A stretch of DNA of 64,000 bases, taken from NCBI GenBank assembly GCA_963674965.2, contig CAXXFL010000001.1, positions 800,001-864,000 of the forward strand, given 5' to 3'. The DNA is from a bacterium (GTDB lineage: Bacteria > RBG-13-61-14 > DATKZS01). The number at the start of each line of letters is the position of its first letter. Position 1 is the first letter of the stretch. A program made the translations under genes and the position numbers. Positions 40,855 through 50,532 of the stretch are shown here, piece after piece. The notes below the pieces were generated by a model. That model did not search any database. It had not been told where the DNA came from and was given only the letters and a program-made list of their open reading frames with translations.

Positions 40855-41991
40855 TTATGACGAGCCCTCGCGGGTAAGAGCGCGGATTTCCTCGAGCACC
40901 GCGTCGGCCGCGGCCTCGAGCTGGGAAGGGGAAAGATGCTGGTGGACGGGAAGCGAGACAATCTCGCCCGCGGCCGCCTCGGCCTCGGGGCAGTCGCCCG
41001 GCCCCATGCCCAAAAAGGCGAAGGCCGGCTGGAGATGGACGGGCGTGGGGTAATGAATTAGGGTGGGAACGCCGCGCGCTTTGAGACGCTCGCGAAGCTC
41101 GTCCCGCTCGGAGGAAGGGACCCGGATAACGTACTGATGGAATACGTGGATTCTTCCCTCGCTCGTCACCGGCGCGTTGACGAACTCCTCCTCCTCGAAG
41201 CGGGCGCCGTAATAGGAGGCGTTGGACCGCCTCTTCCCGTTCCATTCGTCAAGCTTCTTAAGTTTGGCCATGAGCACGGCCGCTTGTAGAGAATCGAGCC
41301 TGCTGTTAAAGCCGAGACAGTCGTGCCGGTTTTTAATGACGGACCCGTAATTGGCCAGGAGCCTGACCTTCTCGTCTATCTCGGGGCTCGAGGTCGCCAC
41401 CATCCCCGCGTCGCCCACGCCCCCCAGGTTCTTGGTCGGATAAAAGCTGAAGGCCGAGGCCGCGCCCATGGTCCCCGCCCTTTTGCCTTTATACGTCGCG
41501 CCGTGGGCCTGGCAGGCGTCCTCGATAACCGCGGCGCCCCGGCCCTCGGCCCAGGATAAAATCGGGTCCATGTCCGCCGGCTGGCCGTAAAGATGCACCG
41601 GGACCACCGCCTTGACCCCGCACTCACCGTCATCGGGCAAGAGATCGGGATCGAGATTAAGGTCCATGGGATTGACGTCGATAAATAGCGGGGTCGCGCC
41701 CGCGTGAATAATGGCCATGGCCGTGGCCGTAAAGGTGTTGGCCGCCGTGACCACCAGGTCGCCCTCACCGACCCCGGCCGCCCGGAGCGCCAGGTGGATG
41801 GCGTCAGTGCCAGAGGCGACCCCCACCGCGCGGGAGACCCCGAGATACTCGGCGAAGGACTTCTCGAACAAATCCACCGCCCGCCCCTGAATGTAGTCTC
41901 CCCTTGAAAGAACGTCGGACAGGGCCGCGTCGATCTCGTCTTTCAACTCGAGGTAGTCCGCCGCCGGGTCGTTGAATTTTATCGCTTCCAA
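40855..41991 (-). CDS. DegT/DnrJ/EryC1/StrS sugar aminotransferase
   Basis: SGTDA, PVHLYGQ, EDACQAHGA, FSFYPTKNLG, NSRLDSLQAA; TTG start inferred. Confidence 0.95.
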   Translation of the reverse strand: MEAIKFNDPAADYLELKDEIDAALSDVLSRGDYIQGRAVDLFEKSFAEYLGVSRAVGVASGTDAIHLALRAAGVGEGDLVVTAANTFTATAMAIIHAGATPLFIDVNPMDLNLDPDLLPDDGECGVKAVVPVHLYGQPADMDPILSWAEGRGAAVIEDACQAHGATYKGKRAGTMGAASAFSFYPTKNLGGVGDAGMVATSSPEIDEKVRLLANYGSVIKNRHDCLGFNSRLDSLQAAVLMAKLKKLDEWNGKRRSNASYYGARFEEEEFVNAPVTSEGRIHVFHQYVIRVPSSERDELRERLKARGVPTLIHYPTPVHLQPAFAFLGMGPGDCPEAEAAAGEIVSLPVHQHLSPSQLEAAADAVLEEIRALTREGSS

Positions 41992-41993
41992 CT

Positions 41994-42740
41994 CTAGCTC
42001 CTGATCCCCAGCCTTAAATATACAAGGGGCCTTAAGATGCTCCACCAGCCGCTGAGCGGCTTCATCTTGGTGTAGCCCTCTTCCTTGCTGGGATAGAACT
42101 TGTCCACCGGCGCCTCGCCCACCTTGTACCCCAGCGCTATGGTCTTGTAAAAAAGGTACGGCTCGAGCTCGTAGCGGTCCAGCCACTCCTGCCCGAGGTC
42201 GATGCCCGGATCATCGAGAACGCGAAGGTCAAGCGCCCGAAAGCCGTTGGTCGAGTCGGTAATCCTGTGCCCGGTGAAAAGGCTCATGAGCCAGGGATGA
42301 AGGTACCTGGTGGCGAGGAAACGGTAAGCCGGCATGCCCCGGTGCCCGCCCTGGGGAAGGTATCTCGAGCCCTGGATAAAGTCGTAATCCCCCTTTAAGA
42401 CCGGATCGAGAAGACGGGGAATCTGGTCGGGGTTGTCCTTGCCGTTGCCCGCGATGGTCACCGCGGCCTTGCACCCCATCTCGCGGGCCGCGTTGTATAT
42501 CTTCCGAACCGCGACCCCCGCGCCAAGGTTCTCCAGGTGGCGCACCCACACGAAAGGATAGACGTCCTTCAACTCGTCGTAAACCCCGTCGTCCGAGCCG
42601 TCGTCAACCACGAAAACGACGAACTCGAGATTCTCCGAGCTCATCTCCTTGACGAAGCGGTCGAGCTTGGCCGAAAGCTTTTTGAACTTTTCGCCCTCGT
42701 TCAAAATAGCCGTGCCGATAAGGACTTTCACTGGGGCCAT
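41994..42740 (-). CDS. GT2 glycosyltransferase (polyprenol-phosphate glycosyltransferase-like)
   Basis: LNE, VDDGSDD, NLGAG, QGSRY, ITDSTNGFRA. Confidence 0.9.
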   Translation of the reverse strand: MAPVKVLIGTAILNEGEKFKKLSAKLDRFVKEMSSENLEFVVFVVDDGSDDGVYDELKDVYPFVWVRHLENLGAGVAVRKIYNAAREMGCKAAVTIAGNGKDNPDQIPRLLDPVLKGDYDFIQGSRYLPQGGHRGMPAYRFLATRYLHPWLMSLFTGHRITDSTNGFRALDLRVLDDPGIDLGQEWLDRYELEPYLFYKTIALGYKVGEAPVDKFYPSKEEGYTKMKPLSGWWSILRPLVYLRLGIRS

Positions 42741-42748
42741 GGCGGACT

Positions 42749-43477
42749 TCAAACCTTCCCGATAATATAATCGACGCGCCAGGAACACGCGGTGGGCTCT
42801 CCCTCCCTCCAGAAGTGGTTGAACGAGTCGACCACCTTGACCGGCGCGTCAAGTTTCTCCTCTAACTTTATATAATAATCGTCCGGAAAAAGCACGATGG
42901 GAGGAGAGTGATCGCGTGAACTGTCGCGGCCGGCGCCAAAAGCCTCGCGGCAATAGGACAGGTACCGGGCCTTTTCACGGTCGTATTTTTCCCGGCCGCT
43001 CGCGAGAGGCATCTGCCCGGCCAACACCATCCCGCCCGGCCCGGTCACCCGTAGGGCCTCCAGCAAGGCCCGACCGATATCGTCCTCGTCGGTGAAGTTC
43101 ATCAATGTAAAGTAGATGAGAACGCGGTCGAAAGAACCATTTCCAAAGGGAAGGAAAAGAGCGTCGGCCAACGCCGGCTTCAGACCGGGATAGAGGGCCG
43201 CCCGGCCTATCATGGAAGGCGCGAAGTCCACGGCGAACACGGCGCGGGCGTTCTCGGCCAGGGCCGCGCCTATCCAGCCGGGACCGCAGCCGACGTCGAG
43301 CAGGGTCATCGACGAGTCAAGTCCAAGCTTTTTCCCGACGTCCTCCATCATCAGCCGGATTTTTTTCTCGGGCCAGACCACACCCTCGATGGTATCCCAT
43401 TTGGAGAGAAGCCAGGGACTCTCGCCCAGCTTCCCGGCCCTCTCCCTGGCCCACGCTATCCAGAGCTCGCGGTTCAT
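42749..43477 (-). CDS. Class I SAM-dependent methyltransferase
   Basis: LLDVGCGPG, VDFAPSM, ADALFLPF..SFD, LRVTGPGG. Confidence 0.9.
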   Translation of the reverse strand: MNRELWIAWARERAGKLGESPWLLSKWDTIEGVVWPEKKIRLMMEDVGKKLGLDSSMTLLDVGCGPGWIGAALAENARAVFAVDFAPSMIGRAALYPGLKPALADALFLPFGNGSFDRVLIYFTLMNFTDEDDIGRALLEALRVTGPGGMVLAGQMPLASGREKYDREKARYLSYCREAFGAGRDSSRDHSPPIVLFPDDYYIKLEEKLDAPVKVVDSFNHFWREGEPTACSWRVDYIIGKV

Positions 43478-43482
43478 GGCCC

Positions 43483-44550
43483 TTACGCGAAGTATCCGTA
43501 GAGGGCCCGGCCTATCTTCTCGGTTACGCCGTCGGGCACGCCGGGCCTGGTCGCTATTGCGGTGATCTCGGAAAGGGCCCGCCTCGCCTCGGACGCGTCG
43601 TCCCCCCCTTCCCGAAGGTAAAACCTTATCTCTTGCTCGTCCGCCCCCATGTGCCGCTTGTACCTTATCAGCCCCGGCTGGTCGTCGTCGGACAGTCCCA
43701 GGTCGAAGGCCCGGAGTCCTTTTTCAACGCCAAGCCTTATCCCCTCCCAATGGAGCAGGTGGTTGGCGCGGAGGTTCGGCCGCTCATAATCCGAGGCGCC
43801 GAACTTATAAATAGTCTGGTCTTGCCAGAATAACAGGCAATGGGCCGCGGCCATGGCTCCGTTTTCGTCGAAGGCCCCGAGAAAGGTCCCGCCCCCATGC
43901 CGTATGATCTCGTTCCAGATACTTTGGAAAAAGTCCCAGGGCTGAGCCAACAGGCCGTACCGGTACTTGCGAACTCGAAGCTGCATCTCGTAAAAGGACC
44001 TAAGCTCCTTCTTTTTCAGGTGCCGGACGGTAAGGCCGTTTTTACGGGCGAGCCTGACCGCCCTTCTGAATTGAGGATGAGTCCTTTCCCAGGCATCCTC
44101 CTCGCTACTCGCCAGAGGAAGAAGGTGCCGGCGAGCGGTCTTGCCTAATGCAAAACCAAGATTGGCGGGCGGACCTTTTTCCTCGATCCACCGAAGAGTA
44201 ATCTTGTGATCGGGATACTCCCTGACAACGGCCTTGACCATGGCCGTCACCTGGGAGCGACGACTCGATACGGGGTCGCAAAAGTCGCTGAAGGCCATGC
44301 TCACCACGCGTCTTCCCAGCTCGTCCTCCACGGCCGCGAAGTGAAGGCCGGCTATATATTCGCCGTCCCGCTCGACCACCGCCGCCTTGACCGGAAAACC
44401 GTAAGTCCCGGAAACGGCCTTGATCCAGCCGGGAGAATGGAAGACGCTCGAGGGATTTTTCTCGACCAGGGAAATCCATCTCCGGTCCGCCAGGGGAAAA
44501 ATGATCTTGGTTTCGATTTTATTGGACATGGATTTCGGGGACGGGATCAT
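43483..44550 (-). CDS. GNAT acyltransferase (FemAB/CelD-BcsL-like)
   Basis: VFHSPGW, FSDFC, YKFGAS, ANHLL, FDLG...GLIRYK; ATGA overlap with upstream gene (the longer ORF-track 5' extension is spurious). Confidence 0.85.
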   Translation of the reverse strand: MIPSPKSMSNKIETKIIFPLADRRWISLVEKNPSSVFHSPGWIKAVSGTYGFPVKAAVVERDGEYIAGLHFAAVEDELGRRVVSMAFSDFCDPVSSRRSQVTAMVKAVVREYPDHKITLRWIEEKGPPANLGFALGKTARRHLLPLASSEEDAWERTHPQFRRAVRLARKNGLTVRHLKKKELRSFYEMQLRVRKYRYGLLAQPWDFFQSIWNEIIRHGGGTFLGAFDENGAMAAAHCLLFWQDQTIYKFGASDYERPNLRANHLLHWEGIRLGVEKGLRAFDLGLSDDDQPGLIRYKRHMGADEQEIRFYLREGGDDASEARRALSEITAIATRPGVPDGVTEKIGRALYGYFA

Positions 44551-45575
44551 TTGCCTCGCGCCAGGGCCTTCTGAACCATCTCGAGGGTCCTTACCACCTC
44601 GAGGCCGTTGTTCCCGTCGCTGAGGGGTTTTTGGCGCGAGCGGACGCACTCGATAAAATGCCCGTTCTGCAGGACCATGGGTTCCTCGGCGCTGATCTTG
44701 GGCATATGCACGTCGCTGGCCCGGGCCATGCGGACGAAAGACCCGAAGTCCGAGTAAAAGGGCTCCTCCAGGCTCCCCCTCGAGTGGACCCGCACCGGCT
44801 CGAGGGGATTCAAGTCGTCCCAGATAATCATGCGGTGACTGCCGACCACCATGATCTCCCGCTGCTTGCGGGGAGTGAGCCAACTCACGTGAACGTGGCC
44901 GAGGGTCCCGCCCGGATAATGGAGCGTGATGAAGCCGATGTCCTCCCGTCCCGGCTTTAAAAAGGAGGCCGCCTGGGCCGACGCCTTTTTGGGCGGGCCG
45001 CCCATAAGGTAATTGAAGATGGAAACGTCGTGGGTGGCCAGATCGTAAACCACGTTGACGTCTTCCCTGACCGGTCCCGGATTGGTGCGCATCGAGGTCA
45101 TGTAATAGACCTTGCCCATCTTCTCCGACTCGATGTACTGCTTGATCTTTTGAATGCCCGCGTTGTACATGAAGATGTGGCCCACCATGAGCACGCGCTT
45201 CTTGCGGCCGGCCAGGGAGTTGAGCTCGCGGCACTCCGCGGAGGACACGGCCAGCGGCTTTTCGCAAAGCACGTCTTTTCCGCTCTCGAGCGCGGCGCCG
45301 GCGATCTCGCGGTGGGTCTTGCCGGGGGTGGCCACCACCACGGCGTCCACTTCGCCCGAGCGCAGCACCTCACGATAATCGCCGGTAAACTCTACTTCAG
45401 GGTAAAGAGATGAAAGGGCCTCGAGGCGGGACCCGTCCGAGTCCGAGGCGAAAACCACCCGGGCGTCGGCCAGTTGTCTGAAAGTCCTCAGATAGTTTGG
45501 ACCCCAATGGCCAAGGCCGATTACGCCGATGCCGACTTGACCGGCCGCGCCGGATTTCCTTTTCGCGCTCGCCAA
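44547..45575 (-). CDS. Gfo/Idh/MocA family NAD-dependent (nucleotide-sugar) dehydrogenase
   Basis: GVIGLGHWG, VATP..H, CEKP, VGH, DLATHD, VSWL. Confidence 0.93.
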   Translation of the reverse strand: MASAKRKSGAAGQVGIGVIGLGHWGPNYLRTFRQLADARVVFASDSDGSRLEALSSLYPEVEFTGDYREVLRSGEVDAVVVATPGKTHREIAGAALESGKDVLCEKPLAVSSAECRELNSLAGRKKRVLMVGHIFMYNAGIQKIKQYIESEKMGKVYYMTSMRTNPGPVREDVNVVYDLATHDVSIFNYLMGGPPKKASAQAASFLKPGREDIGFITLHYPGGTLGHVHVSWLTPRKQREIMVVGSHRMIIWDDLNPLEPVRVHSRGSLEEPFYSDFGSFVRMARASDVHMPKISAEEPMVLQNGHFIECVRSRQKPLSDGNNGLEVVRTLEMVQKALARGK

Positions 45576-45650
45576 CTTGAATCTCCCGCTTGATTTAATA
45601 GCACCGCCCCAAGGATATTGCAAAATTCCGGGAAACGACTTTTACCCGGT

Positions 45651-47534
45651 TCAATCCAGATGAGACTTGATTTTCTCCGCGTCCTTTTTGCTCACCCCCG
45701 GCGTCCCGGCTATCTCGTCCACGCTCGCGTTTCTTATCCCGCTTATGCCGCCGAACTTCTTGATCAACGCCGCGGCCTTTTTACCGCCCACGCCGGGCAC
45801 GTCCTCCAAGACCGAGCGCTTGAACTGCCTGGACCGAAGCAGCTTGTGATAGGAAACCGCGAAAGCGTGGGCCTCGTCCCGAATCCTCTGCAAAAGAAAC
45901 ATGGCCTCCGTGGCCCGCTTCAGATGCACCGGCTCCTTGGCCCCCGGCACGAAAACGCGCTCTCCCTTTTTCTTCAGTTCCTCCGAGAGCGGGTCCCCAA
46001 TCTCGCCGTCCTTGGCCAGCCCGGCCAGGTCCACCGAGTTAACGCCCAGTTCCTCCATTACCGCCCGGGCCACGTTGAGCTGGCCCTTGCCTCCGTCCAC
46101 CACCAGGAGGTCGGGGAGGGGCGAGCCTTCCCGCAGCGCCCGTCCGAAACGGCGGGTCAAGACCTCCCGCATCATGTCGTAGTCGTTCACGCCCTTCACG
46201 TCCTTGATCCGATATCTGCGGTAGCCGGACTTGTCGGGGTATCCCTCCAGGAACTTGACCACCGAACCGACCGCGTGCTCTCCCGCCAGGTTCGAAATAT
46301 CGACGCACTCGATCCAATGAGGAGAACGGCTAAGACGGAGCCTGGCCTGCAATTCCTCGATGGCTCGTTGCCCGTCCTCGCTCCGGTCGCTCGAGCGCCT
46401 CAGGGACTCGCCCGCGTTGGCCGAGGCCATCTCGACCAGCTCTTTGCCCTCACCACGGAGGGGGACCCGAAACGAGACCTTTTTGCCCCGAGCCTCGGAA
46501 AGGGACTCCACAATGACCGCCGAGTCGGCCGGCGTAAAAGGCGCGAGTATCTCGTCCGGCGGCTCGGCCCTGTCCGGGTAAAGCTGGGACAAAAAGGAAC
46601 CCAAGACCTCGTCGTCGGGCAGGCTGAGCCTGGAAAAGTTGCTGGACTCGCTTATTAAAAGTATCCCGTCCCGATAGCCAAGAAGATGCAAGGCGACCCG
46701 GTCGCCCTCCCGGTAAAACCCGATGACGTCGCGGTTGACCGGACGGGTCGAGTCGACCTTTTGCCGCTCCAGGGTAAGCTCGATCGCCTGGACCCGGTCC
46801 CTGAGCCGCGCCGCCAGCTCGAACTTCTCCGCCTCGGCCGCCTCCAGCATTTTTTCCTTCAACTCCTTGACCAACTCAGGTTTTCTTCCCTTCAAAAAAC
46901 GCGTGACCTGGTCCACCATCGCCCGGTACTCCTCTTCGTCAACCCCACCCGTGCAGGGACCGAGACACGCCCCGATCTGATGGTTGAGACAGGCCCGGTC
47001 GCGAAGCCGGAACCTTCCCTGACAGCGGCGAAGAGGAAAAATCTCCTGCAGCGTCTTGATGGTGGACTTGACCGAGGCGCTCGAGCTGTAAGGCCCGAAC
47101 AACTCGTCCCTGCCCCCCTTTTTCGGACGCCTGGCGAGAAGAAGCCGGGGAAACTTCTCGGACGTGGTGAGCCGGACGTGGAAATAGGTCTTGTCGTCGC
47201 GAAGCCTCAGGTTATAGCGGGGCCGGTATTTCTTGATCAGGTTGTTCTCGAGGATAAGCGCCTCTTTTTCATTGTCCGTGATCACGTACTCGAGGTCCCA
47301 GGTCCCGCGCCTCAGGAATTGGACGTGGCGTCTTCCGTCGCCCGAGTCCTTGCCGTAAGACCTGACGCGCGCCCGGAGGTTCTTGGCCTTGCCCACGTAA
47401 AGGACCTTGCCTTCCTTGTTTTTAAAGATATAGACGCCCGGCGAGGTGGGCAGGGCGGGGATTTTCTCCTCCCACCGGGAGGATGGGTTTTCCCCTTGAT
47501 CCCGCTCGGTCGCTTTTACGCCGTCCTCTTCCAT
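45651..47534 (-). CDS. uvrC: Excinuclease ABC subunit C
   Basis: PGVY...YVGKAKNLRARV GIY-YIG; FELAARLRD; ECVDIS; VDGGKGQ; RDEAH; HhH. Confidence 0.98.
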   Translation of the reverse strand: MEEDGVKATERDQGENPSSRWEEKIPALPTSPGVYIFKNKEGKVLYVGKAKNLRARVRSYGKDSGDGRRHVQFLRRGTWDLEYVITDNEKEALILENNLIKKYRPRYNLRLRDDKTYFHVRLTTSEKFPRLLLARRPKKGGRDELFGPYSSSASVKSTIKTLQEIFPLRRCQGRFRLRDRACLNHQIGACLGPCTGGVDEEEYRAMVDQVTRFLKGRKPELVKELKEKMLEAAEAEKFELAARLRDRVQAIELTLERQKVDSTRPVNRDVIGFYREGDRVALHLLGYRDGILLISESSNFSRLSLPDDEVLGSFLSQLYPDRAEPPDEILAPFTPADSAVIVESLSEARGKKVSFRVPLRGEGKELVEMASANAGESLRRSSDRSEDGQRAIEELQARLRLSRSPHWIECVDISNLAGEHAVGSVVKFLEGYPDKSGYRRYRIKDVKGVNDYDMMREVLTRRFGRALREGSPLPDLLVVDGGKGQLNVARAVMEELGVNSVDLAGLAKDGEIGDPLSEELKKKGERVFVPGAKEPVHLKRATEAMFLLQRIRDEAHAFAVSYHKLLRSRQFKRSVLEDVPGVGGKKAAALIKKFGGISGIRNASVDEIAGTPGVSKKDAEKIKSHLD

Positions 47535-47571
47535 TTCCCTTTCCCGCGCGCCGTGAATGACTATCGGTCTC

Positions 47572-48504
47572 TTATTTCAACTCGAAGACGGCCCTGACCG
47601 GGCAGTGGTCGGAGATGACGCCACCCTTGGAGTTCAGAGGGTAATCCACCGACCGCTCGAGGACGGTCATGTCCCTGTGCACGATCCAGTCGATCTTGAT
47701 CGCGCACCTGGCCTTGTCGCCCTCCGGCCGGCAGCCGCCGGTGGGAGAGTTGTCGCCCTTAAACGTATTTTCCATGCCCTTTCGCGGCAGCATGGTCCAC
47801 ATAAGGCCCCAGGGCAACTCGTTGAAGTCTCCGCCTATCACGGCCGGGCCCGGGCGGCCCTCCGCGTCCTCCACTATCTGAGACATCTGAAGCCACTTGC
47901 CCAGGGTCTCGGCGTTGCTCTCCAGGTGCGCGCTGTAAACGCGTACCCGGTCACCCGAGGGAAGCACCACGGTGGCCCCGAGAGTCACGCGCTCTCCCCG
48001 CCTGGGCTGTCCGTCGATCCATCCCCACCGCTCCCAGGAGTAGACCGTCCGATGCCGGATGACGGTGACGTCCTCGAGGGGGAAAGGAGAAAGGATGGCG
48101 TTGCCATGGTCGCCCTGGTTCTCAGGCGTCTCGTCGTTATACTCGATGTACTCGGTGACGAAGGCCATATTCATGCCCAGGGCCCTGGCCATTTCCCGGG
48201 CCACGAACACCTCGCCCGTGCGGCTGTGGTTGCGGTCCGACTCACTTATCAGCAATACCGTCGCCGGCGGGTCCTTTCTTTTCGACTCGACGTAATCGGC
48301 CACGTCCTCCCAGAAAAAGCCCCGCTCGATGTTGTAGGCGATGACCTGGAGACGGCCGTCAAAGGGAGTATCACTCGAGGCGTACGACTCGATTACGGGC
48401 GTATCTATGTCCCACGTTGTCTTGTCCTTTTTTCCAGCCAGAAGCGGACCCGCGATGATCATAATAACGGCCACCATGGCCGCGGCCGCCGCGCTTTTTC
48501 TCAT
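47572..48504 (-). CDS. Exported endonuclease/exonuclease/phosphatase family protein
   Basis: Signal peptide; YNIERG, GNAILS, HLES, GGDFN, IDWI, SDH. Confidence 0.9.
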   Translation of the reverse strand: MRKSAAAAAMVAVIMIIAGPLLAGKKDKTTWDIDTPVIESYASSDTPFDGRLQVIAYNIERGFFWEDVADYVESKRKDPPATVLLISESDRNHSRTGEVFVAREMARALGMNMAFVTEYIEYNDETPENQGDHGNAILSPFPLEDVTVIRHRTVYSWERWGWIDGQPRRGERVTLGATVVLPSGDRVRVYSAHLESNAETLGKWLQMSQIVEDAEGRPGPAVIGGDFNELPWGLMWTMLPRKGMENTFKGDNSPTGGCRPEGDKARCAIKIDWIVHRDMTVLERSVDYPLNSKGGVISDHCPVRAVFELK

Positions 48505-48538
48505 CTTGATTTCCTCCATTTTCTCCGGGCCTTCCCGG

Positions 48539-49879
48539 TCATCTTTTCCAAGGCGCCTTCTCCCTCTTGGGCTTTCGGGATTTATCGCGGCGGGGCTTGG
48601 CTGAGGGCGCGGCCATGACCGCGTCGACGTCGAACGCGACGGGCTCGGGCGCCTTCTTTTTCGAGGAAGGCTTTTTCGCCGCGGTCCCCGCCAGTCCCTT
48701 TTCCTCCATTTTGCGGACGAACTCGGCGCGAAGGATTTCTTCATCCCTCGTGAGCTTGGCCTCCATCTTGACCAGGTCCTGGAGGGGAAGCCCGTCGCCG
48801 CCGCGGTGGAACAGGGCCTCACCGCGAAGGGCGGCCTGCTCGCCGTTTATTAGCCCCTTTTTCCAGCGGGAGGGAATTTCCTCTTCACCCAGCCTGGCGC
48901 CCAAAATGGCGCCCACGATGGCGGCCATGGAGTCGGTGGCCTTGCCCAGACCGATGGTCTTTTTAAGGCCGTCCTCAAAATCGGCGGCGGTAAGGGCCAC
49001 GAATAGGCAGGAAAGGCCCGCGGCCATTACGAACCCCTGGCCGGGCTCGGTGATCTTATGCTCGGGGAACTGCCGGTTGGACTCCGCCACTATCTGCCGG
49101 AAGACCATGGACTTATCCGGCAGGTCGAGAAGGCGCGGAAACATGGAAAGCGCGTCTTTGGTCATGCCGATACGGTCGGTCAAGGAAACGGGGATAAGGT
49201 GGTAATACTCGAGCCTGACTAATTTCTCGGCCTTTTGGGAAGCCTCGATCAGGTCCTCCATCATGGCACGAGGCCTCTGGCCGTCCCATTCCCCGGTGAC
49301 CGACCGGGCCGCCGCGTGGGCCACCGCGGCGGCCATGACCAGGGCGCGCGGATCAAGGTGGGTGATCGCGCCCTGCCCGACGGCCGCCCGGATCCTGGCC
49401 TCTTCATCGTCAAAGTGGAAGAGTCCGGCCGGCGCGGCCCGAGACGCGGCCCCGACGCCGGCCGAGGGGGCCGCGGCTTTTTCCGGGGTCTCTCCCTCCA
49501 TGAGCGCGAACATGACCTTGCGGAAGTTGGGTCCCGCTCCCCGAATGGCGCCCAGCTTGCGGCCCGTGTCCGCCCCGGCCAGGGCTTTCAGCATCCTGAC
49601 GAGGTGGCCGGCGTCAAAGCCCCGGCATTTTAAAAGGGAGTCGGCAAGGGCAAGGGAGAGTTGCGCTCCGTCGCCGTAAAGACCCGGCCTCATCCACCGG
49701 TGCGGCTTCTTCTTCCAGGCGATGGAAGGATCGACGTAATCCTTGACCTCACCGTAAAGCTGACGGACGTGGCCGTCCTTAAGACCCTTCACCGGAGAAC
49801 CAAGAGCGTCGCCCACGGCGAGACCCAACATGGAGCCCCTGAACCTTTCAACCCTCATCTCGTGCGTCACCTCATCCAA
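48539..49879 (-). CDS. ADP-ribosylglycohydrolase family protein (degenerate metal motifs)
   Basis: MLGLAVGDALG, ITH, TDSMAAIVGAILGA..G...IP..W. Confidence 0.85.
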   Translation of the reverse strand: MDEVTHEMRVERFRGSMLGLAVGDALGSPVKGLKDGHVRQLYGEVKDYVDPSIAWKKKPHRWMRPGLYGDGAQLSLALADSLLKCRGFDAGHLVRMLKALAGADTGRKLGAIRGAGPNFRKVMFALMEGETPEKAAAPSAGVGAASRAAPAGLFHFDDEEARIRAAVGQGAITHLDPRALVMAAAVAHAAARSVTGEWDGQRPRAMMEDLIEASQKAEKLVRLEYYHLIPVSLTDRIGMTKDALSMFPRLLDLPDKSMVFRQIVAESNRQFPEHKITEPGQGFVMAAGLSCLFVALTAADFEDGLKKTIGLGKATDSMAAIVGAILGARLGEEEIPSRWKKGLINGEQAALRGEALFHRGGDGLPLQDLVKMEAKLTRDEEILRAEFVRKMEEKGLAGTAAKKPSSKKKAPEPVAFDVDAVMAAPSAKPRRDKSRKPKREKAPWKR

Positions 49880-49917
49880 GAAAACGCGAGGCGAGACGGG
49901 ACCTTGGCCTTATCCGG

Positions 49918-50532
49918 CTAAAGAACGCCGGGATGGTGGCCAAGCCAGTCAGCCAGCTTCTTATTAAGAGCGTACAGGGCCCTTCCCCTGTGAGAAACCT
50001 TGAGCTTGTCCTTCCTCGTGAACTGGGCAAAGGTCTTGCCCACCGCGGGAAAATAGAATATCGGGTCGTAACCGAAACCGTTGACCCCGCGGGGCTCCTC
50101 CACGATTACCCCCTCGCATGAACCCTCGGCCGTGATCACCAATCCGTCCGGCGTGGCCACCGCGATCACGCACACGAACCTCGCCGAGCGCTTGTTTGCC
50201 GGGACCTCGCGAATAAGCTCTATCAGCTTTCGGTTGTTTTCCTCATCCGTCGCGTTCTCCCCGGCGAAGCGGGCCGAATATACGCCGGGCGCCCCGCCCA
50301 GGGCGTCAACCACCAGGCCCGAGTCGTCGGCTATGGCGTGCCTGTGCGCGTGCTCGGCGATGGCCCTGGCCTTTTTGACGGCGTTGGCGAAAAAGGTCTC
50401 GCCGTCCTCGATCACCTCGGGCGCCCTCGGATACCTGGAGAGGGAAACCACGTGGACGTTCGAGTCCACCAGAGCCTCCTGGATTTCGACCAGCTTGCCC
50501 TCGTTGCGGGTCGCGGCCACCAGCTCGATCAT
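49918..50532 (-). CDS. rdgB: dITP/XTP pyrophosphatase
   Basis: ATRNEGK, ADDSGL, PGVYSARF, GFGYDPIF, SHRGRA. Confidence 0.96.
   Translation of the reverse strand: MIELVAATRNEGKLVEIQEALVDSNVHVVSLSRYPRAPEVIEDGETFFANAVKKARAIAEHAHRHAIADDSGLVVDALGGAPGVYSARFAGENATDEENNRKLIELIREVPANKRSARFVCVIAVATPDGLVITAEGSCEGVIVEEPRGVNGFGYDPIFYFPAVGKTFAQFTRKDKLKVSHRGRALYALNKKLADWLGHHPGVL

Noticed and set aside
44551-45267. 5' extension making the GNAT ORF 594 aa
   Set aside because: It overlaps the Gfo/Idh/MocA gene in another frame; the real start is at the ATGA overlap. The same applies to the DegT, EEP, GT39 and FGE extensions
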